NCBI GenBank assembly: GCA_951406725.2
Contig: OX597815.1
Coordinates: 52,328,001-52,392,000 of the forward strand
DNA length: 64,000 bases
Reading direction: 5' to 3'
Origin: Octopus vulgaris
Taxonomy: Eukaryota
A program made the position numbers and the translations under genes. Below, one piece after another: positions 50,455-61,058 of the stretch. The notes beneath the pieces were generated by a model, which saw only the letters and a list, made by a program, of their open reading frames with translations, did no database searches and had not been told where the DNA came from. Every line of letters starts with the position of its first letter. Within the stretch, counting starts at the first letter, position 1.

Positions 50455-51625
50455 ATGTACGTACCTACCTCTACATGTATATATACATGCATGTATGGGT
50501 ACAGGACACCCAAAAAACGTCGAACACAATGAGAAACGAAAGCATCGAAACGCAGAGTGGATGAAACCATGGCGACTGAAGAAGGGGAGTTTTCCTTGTG
50601 TTATTTGTCCTGTTCTCTTTTTTTTTGTTGTTTAAGAAAAATGTCCAGTTCCTTGGTTTTGTGTTTATGTTTTCGTTTCTCATTGTGTTCGACGTTTTTT
50701 TGGTGTCCTGTACCCATATATGCGTGTATATATACATGTAGAGGTAGGTACGTACATATATGTATATATATATATGCATATGTTTTATTTATTAATATAT
50801 TATATGACGGAACGCACGCATTCATTTCTAAGTAAGATTGTTCTTGATATTAATAATGATGCGCACACTTGACCTTTCTGTCCCCTCCCTTTCTCAGCCT
50901 TCATTCTTTCTGGTTTCCTTTTCTTCTACTTTACTGTCTCTCCCTCTCTCTCATTCTTCACTCTCTCTCTCTCCCTCTCTCTCATTCTTCATTCTTTCTG
51001 GTTTCCTCACAACCATTCCCTTTTTCTCTCCCTTTCTCTTGCTCCTCCTCCTCCCTCCCGCCGTTAACCTGCGACGAGAGCTCTGCTACTGTCTTTCTGG
51101 CCTGACTTCCTTGAAGTGTGGACGGCATTTTCTTTGCTCCTTCGCCGTCCTCAAAAATAGCGTTCGTAATCTTTTTTTTCGTTCGGCTTAACAGCCCTTC
51201 TTGTCTTGTTATTCTCCTTGTCTTGTCTTTTACTGTTTATATTTTGAACTGTCGTTACTGTCCTGTTTTTGTTACCATTTTTACCCCTCTGCAAAAAGAT
51301 CTCAAATTTTATTTGATTTGCTTTTCGCAGGAAGGAAAGTTTCTATCGAAGATGCGTATCGCCTTCACCTTCGAAACGTAGAGTAGATGAAACCATGGCG
51401 ACTGAAGAAGGGGAATTTTCCTTGTGTTATTTGTCCTGTTCTCTCTTTTTTTTTGTTGTTTAAGAAAAATGTCCAGTTCCTTGGTTTTGTGTTTATGTTT
51501 TCGTTTCTCATTGTGTTCGACGTTTTTTTTTGTGTCCTGTACCCATATATGCGTGTATATATACATGTAGAGGTAGGTACGTACATATATGTATATATAT
51601 ATGCATATGTTTTATTTATTAATAT
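50455..51625 (+). mobile_element. Family X copy: inverted head + partial tandem (period 828)
   Basis: 50455-50541 is an inverted piece. Direct repeats at 50546-50800 and 51372-51625. Confidence 0.85.
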
Positions 51626-51666
51626 AATATGTAATACTAAATATGACTAAGGTGATAGTAATACCT

Positions 51667-51843
51667 ACATTGCTAGAAATAGGTACTAAGATGCTGTAAT
51701 GCAGTAATCAAAGCACATAATTGTATACATATATACTGACAGGGACTTCAGGTGATTATTGTCGCTGACAGTATACATTTATACAGTTATGTGCTTTGCC
51801 TACAGCATTAGAGCATTTTTAGTTCTTATTTCTAGCAATGTAG
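51667..51843. repeat. Imperfect ~175-bp hairpin (MITE-like)
   Basis: ctacattgctagaaata..aaagcacataa..tatactg versus cagtata..ttatgtgcttt..tatttctagcaatgtag. Confidence 0.7.
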
Positions 51844-51910
51844 TGGACAATTATAGCAATATTTAGTGACAATTATAGTTTTCCTATTTGGTAAAACATT
51901 GTACACTGAA

Positions 51911-52022
51911 GCCCGCGCTCTTAATCACTACACCATATGCCTGCAATCTTAACCACTATGTCATATGCCTGTACTCTTAACCACTACGCTATATGCCCGT
52001 GCTCTTAACCACTACTCCATAT
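51911..52022 (-). repeat. 4 x 28-bp tandem of a tRNA/SINE 5' head (A-box)
   Basis: Minus-strand unit is approximately atatggcgtagtggttaagagcgcgggc. Confidence 0.7.
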
Positions 52023-52053
52023 CTATCTCTCTATCTCTCTCTCTCTCTCTCTC

Positions 52054-52095
<42 letters not shown>

Positions 52096-52098
<3 letters not shown>

Positions 52099-52567
52099 TC
52101 ATCATCATCATTTAGCGTCCGCTTTCCATGCTAGCATGGGTTGGACGGTTCAACCGGGGTCTGGGAAGGCAGAAGGCTGCACCAGGCCCAGTCTGATCTG
52201 GCAATGTTTCTACCGCTGGATGCCCTTCCTAACGCCAACCACTCCGTGAGTGTAGCGGGTGCTTTTTACGTGCCACCGACACAGGTGCCAGACGAGGCTG
52301 GCAACGGCCACGATCGGATGGTGCTTTTTACGTGCCACAGGCACGATGCATGTGTGTGTGTTTGTGTGTCTGTGTTTGTCCCTCCACCATCACTTGACAA
52401 CCGATGTTGGTTTGTTTACATCCCCGTAACTTAGTGGTTCAACAAAAGAGACCGATAGAATAAGTACTATGCTTACAAAGAATAAGTTGTGGGGCTGATT
52501 TGTTTGACTAAAAGTGATTCTCCAGCATGGCTGAAGTCAAATGCCTGAAACAAGTAAAAGAATAAAA

Positions 52568-52617
<50 letters not shown>

Positions 52618-52790
52618 CTGGTGTGTTTACGTCCCCGTCACTTAGCGGTTCGGCAAAAGAGACCGATAGAATAAGTACTGGAATTACAAAGAATAAGTCC
52701 CGGGGTCGATTTGCTCGACTAAAGGCGGTGCTCCAGCATGGCCGCAGTCAAATGACTGAAACAAGTATAAAAGAAAAGAGAAAGAGAAAT
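52096..52790. mobile_element. RTE 3' UTR fragment (-) followed by two SINE 3' halves (+)
   Basis: 52096-52347 is the RTE UTR family. 52370-52570 and 52617-52790 are SINE tails. Confidence 0.75.
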
Positions 52791-52999
52791 ATATATATAT
52801 ATATATGTATGTGTATACATACATACATACATGCATACATACATACATACATATATATATATATATACACATATATATACATATATATATATATACATAC
52901 AACTCTCTCTCTCTTCTCTTCCCACGTGACCGAGAGGCCAGACTGCCAGTCCTCTTTTCGCCTCTGACTGTGGTCACTGCTACATCGATATGTGTTTGT

Positions 53000-53507
53000 G
53001 AAAGGAGACCTTTGCAAATAATATTTAACGTTTTTCCCAGCAACCACAGTCACTGATTTAGAAAAACTGTCGATCTCCTGGGGCTAAAAGCGTCAGTAAC
53101 ACCCACCCCCAGTGGCTAGCCACATTCAGATGGCTAGTACACTTTACGTTGTCGAGCGGTTACTGTTTATGTATATCTCGTTCGGAGATTTATTAATGCT
53201 TTCAGACAGTTTTTCTAAATCAGTGACTGTGGTTGCTGGGAAAAACGTTAAATATTATTTGCAAAGGTCTCCTTCATCGAAAACCGGTGTTTACCATACG
53301 TTGACGAGAGGCAAAAACCTTGAAACTATAGTCCGTATGTATCACTTAGGTTTTCGAGGGAGGATGACCTCCCTTTGCAAATAACACAAGGGCACTGAAA
53401 TTGTGTCTAAGGCCAGCTGGAGACGTCGATCTCCTGGGGCTAAAAGCGTCAGTAACACCCACCCCCAGTGGCTAGCCACATTCAGATGGCTAGTACACTT
53501 TACGTTG
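53000..53507 (+). mobile_element. 356-bp retrozyme-like unit: partial tandem + inverted head + HHR
   Basis: Identical 83-bp direct repeats at 53069-53151 and 53425-53507. 53000-53071 is the reverse complement of ~53205-53275. Confidence 0.85.
53295..53339 (+). ncRNA. Minimal type I hammerhead ribozyme
   Basis: CATACG-TTGACGA-GAGG-caaaaa-CCTT-GAAAC-TATA-GTC^CGTATG. Confidence 0.8.
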
Positions 53508-53960
53508 ATAATATAATAATTTTACTTATAATAAGCTCTATTATCAAACTAGAAACTTAAAACTTAACAATTATGATTATATCAAAATCAATTATAATGT
53601 TAAATATTAATTTTAATTTATAAGGTAGGAAACACACCAATAATTTAATATCTGTAATAGTCTATATCTAATTACATAAATATTAAAAAAAAAAACTATT
53701 ATATATAAATTATCAATGAAAATATATAAATGTATATAAATATTATAATTAACATCTAAAATAATCTCTATAAATAAATATATATGCACATATAATAAAA
53801 ACCTAATAAATTAATTTTTCATATTTAAAAATGAAATAGCTAATTTCAAAAATACAAACAAACAAACTTAAACGAACTTTCAGAAATCTTATGTAAAATA
53901 CTTATTGAAATAATCAATTCGTAGTTATATATTTCTGATTATTTTTAAAATATTTCAATT

Positions 53961-54053
53961 AACCTGAATATTGACTGTAACCATAACTCGAATTATTAAT
54001 TGAATTTAAATTATTGTTATTCGAATTGGTACAGCCATGAAACGATCGTAGTG
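53961..54053 (+). ncRNA. Degenerate hammerhead-like motif in an AT-rich element
   Basis: AAC-CTGAATA-tTGACTGTAACC..GGTACAGCCAt-GAAAC-GATC-GTA-GTG. Confidence 0.45.
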
Positions 54054-54432
54054 TTTTACTCTTTATCTTTTATTAAACTTTTAATACTTTTGATATATAA
54101 AATAAATAAATAAATAAATTAATTAATTAATAAATAAAATAATATAAATATAAAAATATACATACATATATATATATTTGTATATATATATAAAATTTAT
54201 AAGTTTAAATTATTTAAATCATTTTTTATTTTTAACTTTTATATTTTTAAATTAATTTTATGTATTGGCTTATGTTTTTCACTGTTTGATTTGCCTAATA
54301 GTGGTTTTATCTCTAATTTAATATAATATAATATAATATTAAATACAATAAAATTGGATTTAATCCTAAATCTCATTTTTCCCTGTAAGTTTGGATTTAT
54401 TCCCCAATATTATTATTATATAAATATATATG

Positions 54433-54484
<52 letters not shown>

Positions 54485-54499
54485 TATATGTATGTATAT

Positions 54500-54828
54500 A
54501 TGTCGTTAAAGGCCTTTGATATGCAGGACACTGACTGGGAGAACAATGCCTGTCATCGCCACAGATGGAGGAAGCAGGTTAAGGAGGGGATCGACACTTT
54601 TGAGAGAGCACGTATCCAGCATGAAGAACTTAACCGAGCTGCGCGAAAGCACACGGCTCGTATAGTGCATGGAGAAAGCTTGGTCTGCAATGTTTGCAGT
54701 CGTGTATGCTTGTCAAGAGCAGGGCTCATTAGCCACCAACGGAGCTGCAAATGCAAAATATAAGCTAGTCCTAGAGCACACAATGTTCCTGAAGGTCGGC
54801 AATAGTCTTCCTCGGTCACGAGTGGATG

Positions 54829-54835
<7 letters not shown>
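54500..54835 (+). mobile_element. RTE-BovB-like LINE 3' end with C2H2-type finger
   Basis: [47 protein letters not shown]. Confidence 0.85.
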
Positions 54836-54882
<47 letters not shown>

Positions 54883-54922
54883 ATGTATATATATATATGT
54901 ATGTATATATATATATATGTTT

Positions 54923-54962
<40 letters not shown>

Positions 54963-55009
54963 GTATATATATGTATGTATATGTATATATATATGTATGT
55001 ATATATATG

Positions 55010-55042
<33 letters not shown>

Positions 55043-55089
55043 GTATGTATATGAATATGTATATATATATATGTATGTATATATATATA

Positions 55090-55330
55090 AATTAATAAAT
55101 AAATAAAACATATGCATATATACATACATATATGTACGTATCTACCTCTACATGTATATATACATGCATATATGGGTACAGGACACCAAAAAAACGTCGA
55201 ACACAATGAGAAACGAAAACATAAACACAAAACCAAGGAAATGGACATTTTTTTAAAAACAACGAAAAAATAGAGTACAGGACATACAAAACAAGGAAAA
55301 TTTCCCTTCTTCAGTCGCCTTAATTTCATA
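55090..55330 (-). mobile_element. Family X terminal-repeat fragment
   Basis: Reverse complement of atgaaa..ggcgactgaagaaggg..atgtcc..catatgttttattt. Confidence 0.8.
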
Positions 55331-55428
55331 TGTTTGTATGTATATATATGTATATATATATGTATGTATGTATATGGTGCTATTAAGTTAGACATGGCCT
55401 GGACCAATCTTTGGTCGAAACATATCTA

Positions 55429-55469
<41 letters not shown>

Positions 55470-55632
55470 GTTATCGCCATACTAATATGGCATTCTTATA
55501 AAAATAAGAAAAAAGCTGTCCGCTTATTAGCTCCATGAGGCCATCGCCTTAAGTTAGCTATTTGATACACAAACTGTATCCATATAACCTTCGAACAAGG
55601 GAGGTCAGTCGCTCCACACTACTTGACCGGCA

Positions 55633-55674
55633 GCTACAGACGCGTTTCGGGGTATTGCCCCTTTTCAATGCAGC
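55633..55674 (-). ncRNA. Minimal type I hammerhead, U3-A8 core variant (copy 1)
   Basis: GCTGCA-TTGAAAA-GGGG-caata-CCCC-GAAAC-GC-GTC^TGTAGC. Confidence 0.8.
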
Positions 55675-55994
55675 GTAGCCAGCCAGTAGGTGTCGCTTCC
55701 GACAATCTCTGTTCGATGGTTTTATTTACCTAGTTTCGGTGGAATACATCCACTTGTTTTCAATAATAGAAATATTAAAATAACTAAGTCTCTCTAAAAG
55801 AGAACAGCGGCAGCGTTCCCGGAAAATAATAGTTATCGCCATACTAATATGGCATTCTTATAAAAATAAGAAAAAAGCTGTCCGCTTATTAGCTCCATGA
55901 GGCCATCGCCTTAAGTTAGCTATTTGATACACAAACTGTATCCATAAAACCTTCGAACAAGGGAGGTCAGTCGCTCCACACTACTTGACCGGCA

Positions 55995-56035
55995 GCTACA
56001 GACGCGTTTCGGGTATTGCCCCTTTTCAATGCAGC
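55995..56035 (-). ncRNA. Minimal type I hammerhead, U3-A8 core variant (copy 2)
   Basis: As copy 1, with one fewer C in stem II. Confidence 0.78.
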
Positions 56036-56306
56036 GTAGCCAGCCAGTAGGTGTCGCTTCCGACAATCTCTGTTCGATGGTTTTATTTACCTAGTTTCGG
56101 TGGAATACATCCACTTGTTTTCAATAATAGAAATATTAAAATAACTAAGTCTCTCTAAAAGAGAACAGCGGCAGCGTTCTCTTTTAGAGAGACTTAGTTA
56201 TTTTAATATTTCTATTATTGAAAACAAGTGGATGTATTCCACCGAAACTAGGTAAATAAAACCATCGAACAGAGATTGTCGGAAGCGACACCTACTGGCT
56301 GGCTAC

Positions 56307-56347
56307 GCTGCATTGAAAAGGGGCAATACCCGAAACGCGTCTGTAGC
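56307..56347 (+). ncRNA. Minimal type I hammerhead, U3-A8 core variant (inverted copy)
   Basis: gctgca ttgaaaa ggggcaataccc gaaac gc gtc tgtagc. Predicted cut after 56341. Confidence 0.78.
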
Positions 56348-56572
56348 TGCCGGTCAAGTAGTGTGGAGCGACTGACCTCCCTTGTTCGAAGGTTATATGG
56401 ATACAGTTTGTGTATCAAATAGCTAACTTAAGGCGATGGCCTCATGGAGCTAATAAGCGGACAGCTTTTTTCTTATTTTTATAAGAATGCCATATTAGTA
56501 TGGCGATAACTATTATTTTCCGGAACGCTGCCGCTGTTCTCTTTTAGAGAGACTTAGTTATTTTAATATTTC

Positions 56573-56632
<60 letters not shown>

Positions 56633-56799
56633 ATTTCCTGACAATACGATGTTGCTGTTACTGTTTTTCCTTGTTGCAAAAATGAATAATGAATAATTCC
56701 GTTTGCATACCACCATACAGTGACCATTAAATTTTTAGGGTGCAATGGTGTGTTTGGGTAGTGTTTAGGTAATTCTCCTGCATCTAATCACTGCCTTGT

Positions 56800-57416
56800 T
56801 CTCCTCTTGTTGTCAAAGAGTATCCATTTCTCATTACAAGTAATCATTTGATGAAAAAATGGTCTTTTTCCAGTCGCAAAAGCAATAAGGAGCACACTTC
56901 AAGGCATCTGTTTTTTTGAATCTCATTCAGTTGATGTGGAACAAACCTATCCGTTTTCTTGGCATTACCAATTTTTTATAGATGTCCAAAAACAGTTGTA
57001 TGAGATGTTTGGAGTTCTGATGAAAGTTTTCGAATCTTTGTTCTCAGATTTTGTTTAATAATAATTGATTTTGGCCTACCCCTTGGTTTATTTTCAAGGC
57101 TATCATCTCCTGAATGAGAGCTTTGGAACCATCTCTGAACAGTTCCGATGTCAACAAAACCATTACCAAAGGCCTGCTTGATATTTTGTAGAATTTCTGC
57201 AGCAGAGTAACCCAGTTTGTACTCATACAAAAAAATCACTCAACATAGTTTGATTGTTATTATTTTCATAAGGTCTGCGGGTATGAATTTTGTATCCCAA
57301 TATTGTTGGGAAAGAAAAAGAATCAAGATTAAATGCAAGGTATACATAATTGAGTTTTTAAGTGACTGAAATAACAAGTAATAAAAAATGTGGCATCTCA
57401 TGCGAAACAACCTAAT
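56800..57416 (-). mobile_element. Mariner 5' fragment (Hsmar1/cecropia-like)
   Basis: IFLYEYKLGYSAAE..NIKQAFG..TVQRWFQ..SGDDSLENKPRGRP, ITCNEKWIL, TIR-like TA|ttaggttgtttcgc. Confidence 0.85.
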
Positions 57417-57467
57417 ATATATATAAAAATATGAGAGAAGAATGGAATTCATGAGACGCTTTATTAT

Positions 57468-57570
57468 TCACTACAATTGTTTTGACCCATTGTGCCCTGG
57501 TGCCTCATGGGTGAGATGCTGTACAAACAGTAGTGGTGCTTCATAGGTGCAAATATGTCTCGTCAGGTGA
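57468..57570 (-). ncRNA. Hammerhead motif with G12->A change
   Basis: TCAC-CTGACGA-GAC..GTC-AAAAC-AATT-GTA-GTGA. Confidence 0.6.
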
Positions 57571-57724
57571 TTTTTAATCTTCATTTTGCTTATTTCTATT
57601 ACAATACATTTTGGTAGCAGTAATAGCGTGCTACACATCTACTCATATATACATATGCACACTTAAATACACATGCATATGTATACATACATTTGCATTA
57701 ATGTAAATGTTAATACATATATCG

Positions 57725-57761
<37 letters not shown>

Positions 57762-58207
57762 TGTTTAACGTCTGCTTTCCATGCTGGCATGGGTTGGACG
57801 GTCTGACTGAGGGCTGGCAAGCCAGAAGGCTGCACCAGGCTCCAATATATATAAATGTACATATATCTATATCTGTTTGTTTGTGCATATAAATATAGAG
57901 AGATAGAAACAAATGCACACACACACACACATGTATGTAGTCTTACAGTTAAACACATTAATGGCAATATCTTTAAATTTGTCTTTATTTTGTTTTAATT
58001 ACTTCAGAATATATTCACCTTCAATTTTGTATATACAATCTAAGAAAGGCATCTCCCTGTTGTTACGCAGTAGGTAAGTAAGTGCAGCTATATGAAAATG
58101 TCTTGATTCTGGTGCCACACTATTGTTCTGTAGTTTGACAACAGAAAGTGTTGATGTTATTACAATTGTGTGTTTTACTAGAAATGGAGGTAGTATTGAT
58201 TATTTAC

Positions 58208-58280
58208 CTCAATGTTGATTACTGAATAGCTTGTGGTTAAGTAGTAATAGTCTCTACGATGCCGTATACCTAAGTGACAC
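58208..58280 (-). CDS. Possible 73-nt host-gene exon (unidentified)
   Basis: aatttacAG|G..GAG|GTaaat with one open frame (CHLGIRHRRDYYYLTTSYSVINIE) in non-repetitive DNA. Weak pyrimidine tract and no homolog recognised. Confidence 0.2.
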
Positions 58281-58826
58281 CTGTAAATTTTGAGCTGAAC
58301 ATTATTATAAATAAGCAAAATCAAATACAAATCAAAGACTGCATATTTAGTTTTGCCATAAAATGAACTAATAATTTTCAGCATTTTGAAGTTGGTAAAG
58401 TTCTAACAAGCTTTTAGAAGATAATATTCCTGTTTTTGCTCTTGTGTTTGTAATTTAATTTGAGGAATTAACCACCTTCCCCTTAAATTCTTATCCAGTT
58501 ATACTATAAAATTGTGCTCTCGTATAAGCTGAATTTATGTACTGAAGTCATATGTTGTGTGGTTCCGTCTATCCATCTATGGTTTAGCATGTCTTGTAAT
58601 CTTATAATTTCAGCAACATTTAATATATTTGATTCTTAATATTTGAGAATAAAATACCGTTGAATAAAACTGTCTGACATACATAACACAAGCAAAACTA
58701 GATGAGATTAAGAGGATAAGTGTTCTTGTAAGTAGAAAAACCCTTCTGTCACTATATCCATTGTTTGAAAATAATGTCATGCCATTGGTTACAATAGACA
58801 GCTACAGCAGCAGTGTCATAATGACA

Positions 58827-58885
<59 letters not shown>

Positions 58886-59091
58886 ATATATATATACATA
58901 TATATACATATATATACATATATATACATATATATATACATATATATACATATATATATACATATATATACATATATATATACATATATATACATATATA
59001 TATATACATATATACATACATATATACATATATATACACATATATATACATATATATATACATATATATACATATATATATACATATATAT

Positions 59092-59155
<64 letters not shown>

Positions 59156-60069
59156 CAATAAAAGACATCACATAGTGAAAAACCTAGAGTCAAAGTTCTG
59201 AATCCAATATTTGATATTTCTGCTAGGTTTTAATTTTTAATTGTATAAGTACACAATTATATGAGCCAAATAAGTGAGTGAAATAAATAAATAGAGACAT
59301 ATCTCATATATTTGTTTATTAATTTCTTTTTTTATATGATACTTTATAATGACAAATGCAAAGTGAAAAATTCTTCCCTCAATATTGTGGTAAACCTAAA
59401 GCTGAATTTCTAAATCCAATAATATTTGATAATTCAGCTGAGTTTGAATTTACAATTGCATAGCAGTAGTTGCTATAGTGAAGGTGAGAAAGGTGACCAC
59501 GTTTAGAATATGACAAATACTGTACCTTAGCACGTATCTCTGGTACCATAGATTACAAGACAAAGGTCAAGGTTAATGAAGTTATTTATGTTGCAGCTAT
59601 ATTTTTTTTGTGTTAGTGTTTCTTTTTCATCATTTTTAACGTCCACTTTTCATGCTTGCATGGGGCTGATGAAATTTGTTGAAGCAAATGATTTGGCTGG
59701 ATGCCCTCACTGTTGCCAATGTGAACTTCTTAACCACAGAGCCATATGTATGTGTATATATATATATAAGCAAAAATGCTAGTTCTAAAATCTCTAAGAG
59801 ATCAATGAAGTAGTCGTACTAACAAGTAATGTTTGTAGCCACTTCAACATAGCTATCTGTTCAAACTAGTGCTAGAGGAGATGTCTTCTTCGGATAAAAG
59901 GTCACAGTAAAGTCTGTTCAAATGGACAGCCATGTTGAAGTGGCTACACACATTACTTATATATATATATATATATATACATATATATATACATATATAT
60001 ATATATATACACATACACACACATACCTCACACACTCATACACACACACACATGCACATGTATGTATAT

Positions 60070-61058
60070 GGCAGTGAAACATGAGCCATGACTGCTAAGG
60101 ACATGTGTAAGCTTGCAAGGAATGAAGCCAGTATGCTCCGCTGGATGTGTAATGTCAGTGTGCATACATGACAGAGTGTAAGCACCCTGAGAGAAAAGTT
60201 GAATTTAAGAAGCATCAGATGTGGTGTGCAAGAGAGATGACTGCACTGGTATGGTCATGTGTTGCAAATGGATGAGTACAGCTGTGTGAAAAAGTGTCAC
60301 ACCCTAGCAGTTAAGGGAAAATGTGGAAGAGGTATACCCAGGAAGACCTGGGATGAGGTGGTGAAGAACGACCTTCAAACAATGGGTTTCACCAAGGCAA
60401 TGACTAGTGATCGAGACCTTTGGAGATATGCTGTGCTTGAGAAGACCCAACAAGCCAAGTAAGCCCATAACCTGCAGCCTATGCCAGTGGTGTATAACTA
60501 GCCCACTAATGAGTACACTTCATTCTTTGGACAATAAACTTTGCTTGCCTGTTGAGGCAAGTGAAATCAAAATTGCTGACATGGCTGATGACAGTACTGC
60601 CTGACTGGCACACATGCCAGTGGAACGTTAAAAGCACCATCCGAGCATGATCGTTGCCAGGGCCGCTGACTAGCTCCTATGCCATCAACATCATTTGAGT
60701 GTGATTGTTACTAGCGTTGCCTTACTGGCACATGTACTGGTGGCACATGAAAAACATTTGAGCATGGTCATTGCCAGTGCCGCCAGACTAGCTCCCATGC
60801 AGGTGGCACATAAAAAATACCTTTTGAGTGTGGTCGTTGCCAGTACTGTCTGACTGGCCCTCATGCTGATGGCATGTAAAAGCACACACTACACTCTCGG
60901 AGTGGTTGGTGTTAGGAAGAGCATCTAGCTGTAGAAACTTTGCCAGATCAAACTGGAGCCTGGTGCAGCCTTCTGGCTTACCAGTCCTGAGTCAAACTGT
61001 CTAACCCATGCCAGCATAGAAAGCGGACGTTAAACGACGACGACGGTGATGATGATGA
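60070..61058 (+). mobile_element. RTE-type LINE 3' portion
   Basis: RNEASMLRWMC, HWYGHVLQM..CVKKCHTLAV.GKCGRGIPRKTWDEVVKND..DRDLWRYAV, repeat-rich UTR, (GAC/GAT)n tail. Confidence 0.85.

Larger units (their letters stand above)
55466..56577. mobile_element. Young ~362-bp HHR unit: two direct copies + one inverted copy, in (TA)n
   Basis: Units start at 55466 and 55828. Fold-back at 56161-56181 (gagaac agcggcagc gttctc). 56176-56577 is the reverse complement of ~55765-56166. Confidence 0.92.

Noticed and set aside
51340-51415. Canonical hammerhead in family X
   Set aside because: The core pieces are permuted or non-canonical (TCGAAGA) and stem I does not pair, so it was not called as an HHR.
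54553-55407. 284-aa ORF and many other YI/HT/CV/MY-rich ORFs
   Set aside because: These are translations of (TA)n, (CA)n and (TATG)n microsatellites, which lack stop codons in some frames.
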